Shown here one piece after another: positions 48,685 through 57,697 of a stretch of 64,000 nt of DNA. Below the pieces are notes generated by a model. The model worked only from the letters and a program-made list of their open reading frames with translations, made no database searches and had not been told where the DNA came from. Origin of the DNA: Candidatus Multivoradales bacterium (GTDB lineage Bacteria; Acidobacteriota; Thermoanaerobaculia; Multivoradales; Multivoraceae); the NCBI GenBank assembly GCA_965223325.1, contig CBDCWI010000002.1:2912001-2976000 (forward strand), given 5' to 3'. Both the position numbers and the translations under genes were made by a program. Position 1 is the stretch's first letter. Every line of letters begins with the position of its first letter.

Positions 48685-49784
48685 CTGCCGAAGAAGTCTT
48701 TGACGCGCTCGATCACACCACGGTCTTCGCGTACCGTCTCACCTTCGATCTCGGCCAGACGCTTGAGAATCTCGATCTGTTCTTCCTCGAGCGATCTGGG
48801 ATGTGGCACGCGAATCTCGACGACCACGAGATGATCGCCACGACCCCGCCCACCGAGGCGGTCGATGCCGTCACCGCGCAGCCCGAAGGTCTCGCCCTGC
48901 GACGTTCCCGCAGGAATGTCGAGCTCGCGCGTGCCGTGCAGCGTCTCGACGTCGATCGAGCCTCCGAGCACCGCCAGCGGGTAGGAGATGGCGATCGACT
49001 CGATCACATCGGCACCCTGGCGCTTCAGGCGCTCATGTTCGGCGACATGAATGACGACGTACAGGTCGCCCGGCGGCCCACCGCGCTCGCCGTGCTCGCC
49101 TTCGCCGGTCAGCCGCAGGCGGGCGCCGTTGTCGACACCTGCGGGAATCCGCACCTCAATCGAGCGTTCACGTTCGATGCGACCACGTCCCGAGCAATCT
49201 TCGCAGGGGTCGGTGACAATGGTGCCACTACCACTGCATTGCGGGCAGGTGCGGCTGACGGTGAAAAAGCCCTGGCTGTAGGCGACCTGACCGCGGCCAC
49301 GGCAGGTGGCGCAGGCACTGGGAGTCGTGCCCTCTTTCGAGCCCGAACCGCGACAGGTGTCACACCCCTCGAGGCGCGGTATGCGCAGGGTAGGAACGGT
49401 CCCGAAGGCTGCATCCTCGAAGGAGATCTCGAGGTCGTAGCGCAGGTCGGCACCCGGTTGCGGGCCGGGCCGGCGACTGCGGCTGCGTCCGAAACCGAAG
49501 AGATCACCCAGGATGTCCGAGAAGTCGGCGAACACCGTCGGGTCGAAACCGCCCGCACCACCACCGGTGCCGACGTGGCCGAAACGGTCGTATTGCGCTC
49601 GTTTGCCTTCGTCGGAGAGCACTGCGTAGGCCTCGGCGGCCTCCTTGAAGCTGTGCTCGGCGGCTGCATCACCGGGGTTCTTGTCGGGGTGGTGCTGCAT
49701 CGCCTTCTTGCGATACGCCTTCTTGATCTCGGCGAGTGTCGCCGAGCGATCCACCTCGAGGATCTCGTAGTAGTCACGGGCCAT
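48681..49784 (-). CDS. dnaJ: Chaperone DnaJ
   Basis: DYYEIL, HPD, G/F region, four CXXCXGXG repeats. Confidence 0.98.
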   Translation of the reverse strand: MARDYYEILEVDRSATLAEIKKAYRKKAMQHHPDKNPGDAAAEHSFKEAAEAYAVLSDEGKRAQYDRFGHVGTGGGAGGFDPTVFADFSDILGDLFGFGRSRSRRPGPQPGADLRYDLEISFEDAAFGTVPTLRIPRLEGCDTCRGSGSKEGTTPSACATCRGRGQVAYSQGFFTVSRTCPQCSGSGTIVTDPCEDCSGRGRIERERSIEVRIPAGVDNGARLRLTGEGEHGERGGPPGDLYVVIHVAEHERLKRQGADVIESIAISYPLAVLGGSIDVETLHGTRELDIPAGTSQGETFGLRGDGIDRLGGRGRGDHLVVVEIRVPHPRSLEEEQIEILKRLAEIEGETVREDRGVIERVKDFFGS

Positions 49785-49917
49785 GAAGCAAACGTCCTGC
49801 TGATCGTTCAAGTAGGGCTACGCGGCAGAGGACGCGTCGATTCGACCTCTGGGCTGCAAGCAGACTGAGATACGGGCCGGCGCACACCTCGCGTGACTCC
49901 GGCTCCAACGAGAATGC

Positions 49918-51747
49918 TCAGATCTCTTCTTCAGGCGACTCTTCGAGCATTACATCGGAAAGCATGCGCGACACCGAACTCAGGTCGAACATGGCGGCTT
50001 CCATCTCGGCCCGATCATCGCTATTGAGCGCCGCGCGGGCAGCCGACATCGTATCGCGAACCTTGGCTCGGACATCCTCCTCGAGGGCGTCAGCGAACTG
50101 TTCGACGACCCGCTCGTTGGTGTAGATCAGGCCCTCGAGACGGTTTTTGACCCGTCGAAGCTCCCGCCGGCCGCGATCTTCCTCGGCGTTCTGCTCGGCT
50201 TCTTGAACCAGACGGTCGACTTCATCGGCAGAGAGGCCAGATGCCGGGTTGATCTGCAGGGTCTGCATCTGGTTGGTCGCCAGGTCGCGGGCCGAAACGG
50301 TGTGAATGCTGTTCGAGTCAATGGCAAACGTGACCTCGATCTGCGGCACACCCTTGGGAGCCGGCGGAATGCCTACCAGTTCGATCTTGCCCAGCGAACG
50401 GTTCTCGGGGGCGAGTTCACGTTCACCCTGGAGGATGTGGATCTCGACGGTGTCCTGGTTGTCTACGACCGTGGTGAAGATCTGCGACACCTTGGTGGGT
50501 ATCGTCGAGTTGCGTTCGATCAACTTGGTGAACAGGCCACCCTGCGTCTCGATGCCCAGCGAAAGCGGCGTGACGTCGAGTAGGACGACGTCCTTGATCG
50601 AACCCTGAAGAATGCCACCCTGGATTGCCGCACCGGTCGCGACGACTTCGTCGGGGTTGATTTCACTGTTGGGCTCACGGCCGAAGATCGCCTTGACCGA
50701 TTCATGCACCAAGGGCGTTCGGGTCTGGCCACCAACCAGCAGGACCTCGTCGATATCTCCGGGGGTCAGGCCAGCCTGTTCGAGCGCATCTTCGCAAGGC
50801 GCACGGGTCGCTTCGACCAGATCCTTGACGAGGTGTTCGAAGTGCGAGCGGGTCAGCGTGCGCGAGAGATGACGCGGGCCCGAATCGTCGGCTGAGATGA
50901 AAGGCAGGTTCACCGGCGCTTCGTCTTCACTCGAAAGCTCGCACTTGGCACGCTCGGCTGCCTCCTTGAGACGCTGGAGAGCCATGCGGTCGGTGCGCAG
51001 ATCGATATCGGTTTCGCGCAGGAATTCATCGACCAGCCAATCCATGATCGCGCGATCGAAGTCTTCGCCGCCGAGATCGGGGTCGCCGTTGGTCGCTTTG
51101 ACTTCGAAAATGCCCTGCGACAACTCCATGATCGAAATATCGAAGGTGCCGCCGCCGAGATCGTAGACGGCGATGTTCTCAGAGCCATCGCGACGATCGA
51201 GGCCGTAGGCCAGAGCTGCCGCGGTGGGCTCGTTGATGATGCGCAGAACGTCGAGCCCAGCAATCTTGCCGGCATCTTTGGTGGCCTGACGCTGGGAGTC
51301 GTCAAAGTAGGCGGGCACGGTGATGATCGCCTCCTTGACCGGCTCTTCGAGCACTTCTTCGGCAAAACTGCGCAGCTCTTGCAGGATGATCGCAGAGATC
51401 TCTTCCGGGCTGTAGCGCCGGTCGCGAATCTGGATCTTGACGTCGCCGTTGTTGGCTTCGACCAGCGGATAAGGCAAATGCACTTCGAGTGCGCGCTGGA
51501 CGTGGGGGTCCTGGAACTTCCGCCCAATGAGACGCTTGACCGCAAACACCGTGTTCTGCGGGTTGGTGATCGCCTGGCGCTTGGCGATCTGCCCGACGAG
51601 GCGGTCGCCGTCTTCGGCGAACGCCACGATAGAGGCCGTCGTGCGGCTCCCTTCGCGGTTCGGCAGAACGCGCGGCGACGACAATCCCTCGACAACGGCC
51701 ACACAGCTGTTGGTCGTCCCGAGATCAATGCCTACGATCTTGCCCAC
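49918..51747 (-). CDS. dnaK: Hsp70 chaperone DnaK (divergent)
   Basis: GIDLGTTNS, TVPAYF, NEPTAAA, DLGGGTFD, LLDVTPLSLG. Confidence 0.95.
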   Translation of the reverse strand: MGKIVGIDLGTTNSCVAVVEGLSSPRVLPNREGSRTTASIVAFAEDGDRLVGQIAKRQAITNPQNTVFAVKRLIGRKFQDPHVQRALEVHLPYPLVEANNGDVKIQIRDRRYSPEEISAIILQELRSFAEEVLEEPVKEAIITVPAYFDDSQRQATKDAGKIAGLDVLRIINEPTAAALAYGLDRRDGSENIAVYDLGGGTFDISIMELSQGIFEVKATNGDPDLGGEDFDRAIMDWLVDEFLRETDIDLRTDRMALQRLKEAAERAKCELSSEDEAPVNLPFISADDSGPRHLSRTLTRSHFEHLVKDLVEATRAPCEDALEQAGLTPGDIDEVLLVGGQTRTPLVHESVKAIFGREPNSEINPDEVVATGAAIQGGILQGSIKDVVLLDVTPLSLGIETQGGLFTKLIERNSTIPTKVSQIFTTVVDNQDTVEIHILQGERELAPENRSLGKIELVGIPPAPKGVPQIEVTFAIDSNSIHTVSARDLATNQMQTLQINPASGLSADEVDRLVQEAEQNAEEDRGRRELRRVKNRLEGLIYTNERVVEQFADALEEDVRAKVRDTMSAARAALNSDDRAEMEAAMFDLSSVSRMLSDVMLEESPEEEI

Positions 51748-51778
51748 GCCTACTTACCTCTCACCACTCGCCGAGACA

Positions 51779-52483
51779 TTATTCGCCTTCCGGTTCGGAG
51801 TCGGCGGTTTCGCTGGAAGGGGCCGCTTTCTCGAGCGGCATGGCCACGCGCACCATCGAAGGGCGCAGCAGGCGATCGTGCATTCGGAAACCGCTCTGCA
51901 TCTCCTGGAGGACCGTAGGTTCGGTGACCTCGGCAGTTTCCTCGCTGGCGACAGCTTCATGAACACCAGGGTCGAAGGGCTGGCCGTCGGCCTCGATGCG
52001 TTCGACGTTGTGGCGCTTGAGCAGGTCGAGTAGCTGACGGTGGATCATCTCGACGCCTTGCTTGAGGTCGTCGAGAGAACCATCAGCCCCGAGGGCCCGC
52101 TCCATATTGTCGACAACCGCGAGCACCTCGCGCAGCAAGTCGAAGCCTGCGTAGCGCTGGGCCTCGGCCTTCTCCTTTTCGCTGCGTCGCCGGAAGTTTT
52201 CGAGGTCGGCCAAAGCGCGTAGGGAGCGCTCGCGCAGCTCGACCATCTTGAGCTGCATCTCTCTGACGGTACTGTCGGTGGAATCGACGACCGACTCGAT
52301 CGACGGGCCACGATCCTTGGCTGCCGTCTGGACTGGCACATCGCCGTCGGCCTCGCCGGCATCACGACGCTCCATGGCCTCGACGGCCGCCATGGCCTCT
52401 TGCATGGCCTGGTCGGCGTCGTCGTCGACTTCGGCATCGAGGTCGAGTTCGAGGTCGTAGCCTTCTTCGTCTTCCGGAATCAT
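51779..52483 (-). CDS. grpE: Nucleotide exchange factor GrpE
   Basis: ADLENFRRR, VDNMERAL, FDPGVHEAV, RLLRPSMV. Confidence 0.95.
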   Translation of the reverse strand: MIPEDEEGYDLELDLDAEVDDDADQAMQEAMAAVEAMERRDAGEADGDVPVQTAAKDRGPSIESVVDSTDSTVREMQLKMVELRERSLRALADLENFRRRSEKEKAEAQRYAGFDLLREVLAVVDNMERALGADGSLDDLKQGVEMIHRQLLDLLKRHNVERIEADGQPFDPGVHEAVASEETAEVTEPTVLQEMQSGFRMHDRLLRPSMVRVAMPLEKAAPSSETADSEPEGE

Positions 52484-52718
52484 CTGCGGGTTCTCTATGA
52501 GCAGCCGCACAAACCGAGGCAGGGTCGCGCCGAGTTGCGGGGTAGCGATCTCTTCAAGTGAATGGGAACGGGTAAGGGCCAGGACCGACGGCCGCGGGAA
52601 GTGTTCAGTCGGGGGTGGCCGGCTACCGGCCAGGATTGTTGGGAAGGTTGTGAGGTGCCAGAAACGTCGTCGGGGTTTCGAGACCCGTGCGGGATCTCTT
52701 GTTGATGGTCTGAAGTGT

Positions 52719-53759
52719 CTAGAGGGTCTTCGACAGGGCGTCGGAGAGGCGTTCGCCCAGGTAGTCGACCAGGGGAATGAGGCGTGGGTACTCCATGCGT
52801 GACGGCCCGAAGACACCGACACTACCTCTTGTTCCACCAGCTGAGCCGTACTGCTTGACGATCAGGGAGAAGTCGAGCGCTGAAGTGAGGTCGGATTCAT
52901 CGCCAATCCACACCCGAACCCCCTCGCCTTCAACGCACTGGCCGAGCATGCTGACCAGGCGCACTTTGTCGGTGAAGGTATCGAAGAGAGTCTGCACCCG
53001 GTGGAGGTCGGCGAGTTCGGGACGGTGGAGCAACGACTCTGTACCCTCGACGAGCACACCCGGTGAGGGGTCGTCGGGCAAGCCACGCTCGGCGAACTGC
53101 ACGGCCTTGCGAAGAAGCGTGTCCATACGCAGGCGCTCGTCCTCCATCAGTTGCACCAACCGTGCACGGATCTCCGTCAAGGTGAAGCCTTTGAAGTTAT
53201 CGTTCAGGTAGTTGGCAATCCGAATCAACTCCGCGCGCTCGATGGTCGACTCGCTTTCGATCACCTTGTTGTCGATGAAGCCGCCGGAGCTCTCGCATAC
53301 GCAGAGAACACGGGCACCCGAAAGCGGAACAAACTCGATGCGCTCGAGAACGGTGGTCGAGAAAGCCGGAGTGACAACGATCGCGATCTGATCGGAGAGC
53401 TCCTTGAGCAGATGCGACACCGCCGCCATGGCCTCGTCTCCCTGCTGGGCTCCATCGAGCGCATCGTGAATCTTCCTGCGATCGTTGATGGAAACGTTCT
53501 TTATCTCCATCAGCGACTGGATGAAGACGTGCCACCCGGCGGGCGTGGGAACCCGACCGGCCGAGGTGTGCGGCTGGGTGAGCAAGCCCAGGTCGTCGAG
53601 GTCCGCCATGCTGTTGCGGATGCTCGCTGGCGACAGATCCTGGCCCTCACGGCGCGCGACGGTGCGTGAAGACACAGGTTCTGCGGTGAGCAGATAGGTG
53701 TGGACCACCTCTCGCAGAATGTCTCGGTCACGAGCCGTGAGCTCGTCAGCGCCTTGCAC
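52719..53759 (-). CDS. hrcA: Heat-inducible transcription repressor HrcA
   Basis: EPVSS, SPASIRNSMADL, QPHTSAGRVPT, GPSRMEY; GTG 53759 after GGGAGAGG. Confidence 0.96.
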   Translation of the reverse strand: MQGADELTARDRDILREVVHTYLLTAEPVSSRTVARREGQDLSPASIRNSMADLDDLGLLTQPHTSAGRVPTPAGWHVFIQSLMEIKNVSINDRRKIHDALDGAQQGDEAMAAVSHLLKELSDQIAIVVTPAFSTTVLERIEFVPLSGARVLCVCESSGGFIDNKVIESESTIERAELIRIANYLNDNFKGFTLTEIRARLVQLMEDERLRMDTLLRKAVQFAERGLPDDPSPGVLVEGTESLLHRPELADLHRVQTLFDTFTDKVRLVSMLGQCVEGEGVRVWIGDESDLTSALDFSLIVKQYGSAGGTRGSVGVFGPSRMEYPRLIPLVDYLGERLSDALSKTL

Positions 53760-54073
53760 TTGCCGCCTCTCCCTGGATGTCACTACAGCGCATGATTTCA
53801 CTTCCGCGGACCGTTCGAAACGACGAATGAAGGGCCGCGGTGGCCCCCGGGGCCCTCGCTGGCCATCCTATTGTATCTCAGGAAACTGAGCCTCCGCGGC
53901 ACGAAATCCCACAAGTTCTGCATTCCCCTCGATTGGCCTCCAAGGGGCTCGTGGTAGACAATGGTGGTGCGCGGCCGGCGCCAAGACCCGACTCGAACGC
54001 CGTCGTGGCGGGCGGGTCCGCCTCCGATTCTCGGCCACGACACAAACTCTCGGATAAAAGACTTCTAGCTTTC

Positions 54074-54103
54074 CTTGCCTGCCTATCGACAGAGTGCTAT
54101 TCT
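54074..54103 (+). promoter_or_regulatory. Sigma70-type promoter for the MglA-like gene, overlapped by a degenerate CIRCE
   Basis: TTGCCT-N17-TATTCT (54075-54103); CTTGCCTGC-N9-GAGTGCTAT versus the CIRCE consensus TTAGCACTC-N9-GAGTGCTAA. Confidence 0.5.
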
Positions 54104-54158
54104 TCCGCCTTCTCTGTGACGTGAGCCCCTTCACGTCTACCGGCCGGGGGTCCCCCTG

Positions 54159-55361
54159 ATGGTCTTCTTCAACTACAGCACGATGCAGATGGCGGCCAAG
54201 ATCGTCTACTACGGTCCTGGTCTGTGCGGTAAGACCACCAATCTGCAGCATGTCTACGGTCATACGAGTGGTGACTCACGAGGGGAGATGGTGTCGCTCG
54301 AGACCGAAACAGATCGCACTCTGTTCTTCGACCTCCTACCCATCGATGTTGGCCGCATCGCAGGCTTCAAGACTCGCATTCAGCTGTATACCGTTCCCGG
54401 CCAGGTCTTCTACAACACCACCCGCAAACTGGTGCTCAAGGGCGTCGACGGCGTGGTGTTTGTCGCTGACTCCCAGCGCCCGATGGTGCAGGCGAACATC
54501 GAGTCGCTCAACAATCTCGGTGAGAACCTGGCCGAGATCGGTCTCAAGCTGAACGAGGTGCCGCTCGTACTGCAGTACAACAAGCGCGATCTCACCGACA
54601 TCTGCACCGTCGAAGAGATGAACCAGTCGTTGAACCACCACAACTGGCCGTTCTTCGAAGCCTCGGCGATCACCGGCGAGGGCGTCTTCGAGACCCTCAA
54701 GGGGATCTCCAAAATGACCCTCCTGCACATCAAGAAGAAGATGCAGAAGGGTGACGGTGGTGGCGTCGCAGCCACGGGTGCGGGCGTTGCAGCACCCGCT
54801 GCCAGCCAGCCGGCCGCTGCGAAGGCCAGCCCGCCGGCCACTCCAGCGGCTCCCAGGCCCGCGGCGACCACGCCGCCGCCCGCTGCCGCGGCACCGCCGC
54901 CCGCTGCCGCAGCACCAGCGCAGGCCGCCGCTGCTCAGGCAGCCGCTGCCCAACCGATCGCTGCCCCGCCGGAACCGTCGCCGTTGCCCCCGCAGGCGCC
55001 GGCGCCCCAACCGGTCGCGACACCGCAGGCAGCAACGGCGACCCAGACCGAAGCGCCCCCGCGCCGTCAGGTCGACATTCTCGCCGAGCTCGAGAAGATC
55101 CGTCGTCAGGCGACCGCTCAGTCGGGCGGCCAGGCGGAGCTGCCCACCACCAATGGGAAAGGCGAGCTCACCCGCGACATCGAGCGCCGCCTCGGTCGCT
55201 CGCAATTCTCGCGCGCCCATACGGTCAAGTTGGTCATGCAGATCGAGGACGACAACAACGAGATCCTCGACGCCTTCAAAGACCAGGTCATCGTGCACCG
55301 CCCTGAAGACCTCGAGCGTCTACTGCTCAACTTGAACATCAAGTTCGAAGTCGGCGACTGA
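54159..55361 (+). CDS. MglA-family small GTPase with Pro/Ala linker and C-terminal domain
   Basis: KIVYYGPGLCGKTTNL, DRTLFFD, LYTVPGQVFY, GVDGVVFVADSQ, NKRDL, EASA; then about 200 extra residues. Confidence 0.93.
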   Translation: MVFFNYSTMQMAAKIVYYGPGLCGKTTNLQHVYGHTSGDSRGEMVSLETETDRTLFFDLLPIDVGRIAGFKTRIQLYTVPGQVFYNTTRKLVLKGVDGVVFVADSQRPMVQANIESLNNLGENLAEIGLKLNEVPLVLQYNKRDLTDICTVEEMNQSLNHHNWPFFEASAITGEGVFETLKGISKMTLLHIKKKMQKGDGGGVAATGAGVAAPAASQPAAAKASPPATPAAPRPAATTPPPAAAAPPPAAAAPAQAAAAQAAAAQPIAAPPEPSPLPPQAPAPQPVATPQAATATQTEAPPRRQVDILAELEKIRRQATAQSGGQAELPTTNGKGELTRDIERRLGRSQFSRAHTVKLVMQIEDDNNEILDAFKDQVIVHRPEDLERLLLNLNIKFEVGD

Positions 55362-55789
55362 GACCGCTCGCAGACCTCGCCAGGGGTACGAAGCGGGTAT
55401 CCCCTCGCACCGGCCAGCAAGACAGGCCCGGCTCCTCCTCTCGCTACATTGAGGGCCACGCCCGACCGGTCTACTCTGGCCGGTGACTGAACCGATCGAG
55501 CGCGGTTGAAACCCCGCTCGGCAGCGGTCCCGCACCACCAGGGCCCAGGGACCTGGGCACGCTCTCTTCGCCCCCTTCTCCGGTCGACCTACCCTTCAAA
55601 AACTGGTATTTCCTGCTAAAGTCCGATTCAGAAGGCGAACCTGCCGGTTCGCTCTTCCGCAGCAATCCCATCCCGCCTTGGGGCATTCCTTCGCCCCCTG
55701 TAAGCCCCGCCTTCGCGCCTCGCACCGACGGCCACCTCTCGGACCTTCTTCGCAGTGGCGCGCCGGTCTCTCTCACCGAGACTCCTGCC

Positions 55790-56737
55790 ATGACGACCAG
55801 CGCTCTCGCGCCACCCCCTCCCAATGCAGTCAGTGAAACGCCGGAGGCGGCCTTCGACGTCACCCACGACCGCGTTCTGCCGGCGCAGGTGAGCATCATC
55901 ATTCCGGCCTTCAACGAAGCCGAAGGGATACGGGCGGTCATCGTGTCCATTCTCGAAACGCTACCGAAGGCCGAGGTCCTGGTTGTCGACGACGGGTCGA
56001 CGGATGGAACTGCCGAGATCGCGCGTGCGGCAGGCGCGCGTGTCCTGCGACATCGCAGCAACAAGGGCTACGGCGCCAGCCTGCGAACCGCCGTTCGCAA
56101 GAGCAAACGCGAGTGGGTTCTGTGCTGCGACGCCGACGGCCAGCACACCGTCGACGACGTCGCTCGGGTGATCGAGGCGGGCGGCGGCTACGACATGGTC
56201 GTCGGCGCCCGAGGCAAGGACAGCCACGCCCCCTGGTTGAGGAGACCCGGGAAATGGGTGCTGCGCAGCTTCGCCAACTACCTCGCCGGCGAGAAGATCC
56301 CGGACCTCAACTCGGGGCTCCGCATGATGAAGCGATCGATCATCAAGCGCTACCTCCACCTGATGCCAACCGGTTTCTCCTTCTCGACGACCAGCACCTT
56401 CGCTTTCCTCAAGACTCAGCGCGAAGTCCGGTGGATTCCCATCAAGGTCCAAAAGCGCGTCGGCACCAGTACGGTGCGGCAGCTGAAGCATGGGCCTCAG
56501 ACTCTCCTCCTGATCCTGAGAATCACCGTCCTGTTCGAACCCCTCAAGGTGTTTCTCACCACCGCTGCGGCACTCGCCGCGGCAGCCGCAGCCATGCTCG
56601 CTGCCGACCTGGTGGTTTCGCAAGGCACGGGCGTCGGCAACACGACGGTGCTCCTGGGTGTTTCGGCACTGCTCGTATTCATGTTCGGCCTGCTGTGCGA
56701 CCAAGTCTCCGCTGTGCGGCGCGAGAAGCACGAATGA
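55790..56737 (+). CDS. GT2 glycosyltransferase with two C-terminal TM helices
   Basis: IIPAFNE, VDDGSTDGT, NKGYG, DADGQH, DLNSGLR. Confidence 0.93.
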   Translation: MTTSALAPPPPNAVSETPEAAFDVTHDRVLPAQVSIIIPAFNEAEGIRAVIVSILETLPKAEVLVVDDGSTDGTAEIARAAGARVLRHRSNKGYGASLRTAVRKSKREWVLCCDADGQHTVDDVARVIEAGGGYDMVVGARGKDSHAPWLRRPGKWVLRSFANYLAGEKIPDLNSGLRMMKRSIIKRYLHLMPTGFSFSTTSTFAFLKTQREVRWIPIKVQKRVGTSTVRQLKHGPQTLLLILRITVLFEPLKVFLTTAAALAAAAAAMLAADLVVSQGTGVGNTTVLLGVSALLVFMFGLLCDQVSAVRREKHE

Positions 56738-57696
56738 CAGCCCGAACAGCCACCTGCCCGGTTTGCGGAAGGACCAACTGTCGCCGGCGATTCACCCGAT
56801 CGGGCTACGAGATCTTCCGCTGCGCAGCGTGCAGGCACTCCTTTGTGCATCCGGTCCCCTCACCGGAAGAACTGCGATCCATCTACGACCGCTCGTACTT
56901 CGAGCGCGGCGACAAGTACCGCGCCCGAGCAGGAAGCGAAGACCCCAACGCAGCCAACGACCGTCGCAAGCTGGAGCTGATCGCCGCCGAACGCGAGATC
57001 GTTGGCAGGACCGAACACGACGACGAAGAGCCCCGGCTCCTCGACGTCGGCTGTGCCCGCGGTGGCTTTCTCGGACGCGCGCGCGAGCGCGGCTTCGCTG
57101 TTGAAGGCGTCGAGCTGTCCCAGACAGCCGCGGATCATGCTCGCAAGGAGCTGAAGCTGGACGTGTCGGTAGGAACTCTCTTCGACGCTCAGTTCGAGTC
57201 GCAGTCCTTCGACGTCGTCACCATGTGGGACGTCATCGAGCATCTCGACGACCCCGCCGCCTGCATCGAAGAAGTCCGGCGCATCTTGCGCCCCGGCGGC
57301 ATTGTCGCACTCAGCACTGGCGACGCCTCAGCACTCGCTGCCAAGCTCATGGGCAGGCGTTGGCACCTGCTAACTCCCCCCCAGCACCTGTGGTACTTCG
57401 AGCGCCGCGGACTCGAACAGCTTCTCGTCGACCAGGGGTTCCGCGTCGTTCGAACGCGATCGCTACCAAAGCACGTCCGCTTGGGGTTCGTTCTCTTTAA
57501 ATCGGGGGAGACGTTCTTCCCACCGGCCCGCTACCTCGCTAGCCTGGCGAGGAGAATCGGAGTCGACGGTCTCAACCTACGCATCAACCTCTTCGACATC
57601 ATGACCGTAGTCGCCGTGCGCGGCGACGCTGTCGTCACACCGACAGCTGTTGAAGAAGAAGCTGTGACCACGGTCGCACTCGCGGAGGTCGGCTGA
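56734..57696 (+). CDS. Class I SAM methyltransferase with N-terminal Zn ribbon
   Basis: ATG 56734 (ATGA overlap); CPVC/CAAC, LLDVGCARG, MWDVIEHL, PPQHLWYF. Confidence 0.9.
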   Translation: MTARTATCPVCGRTNCRRRFTRSGYEIFRCAACRHSFVHPVPSPEELRSIYDRSYFERGDKYRARAGSEDPNAANDRRKLELIAAEREIVGRTEHDDEEPRLLDVGCARGGFLGRARERGFAVEGVELSQTAADHARKELKLDVSVGTLFDAQFESQSFDVVTMWDVIEHLDDPAACIEEVRRILRPGGIVALSTGDASALAAKLMGRRWHLLTPPQHLWYFERRGLEQLLVDQGFRVVRTRSLPKHVRLGFVLFKSGETFFPPARYLASLARRIGVDGLNLRINLFDIMTVVAVRGDAVVTPTAVEEEAVTTVALAEVG

Positions 57697-57697
57697 C

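Noticed and set aside
54870-54915. Short direct repeats in the MglA-like gene
   Set aside because: They encode the PPPAAAA linker; not a CRISPR or mobile repeat.
56113-56733. 527-aa ORF implying an N-terminally extended methyltransferase
   Set aside because: The extension overlaps the GT2 gene in another frame; the real start is ATG 56734.
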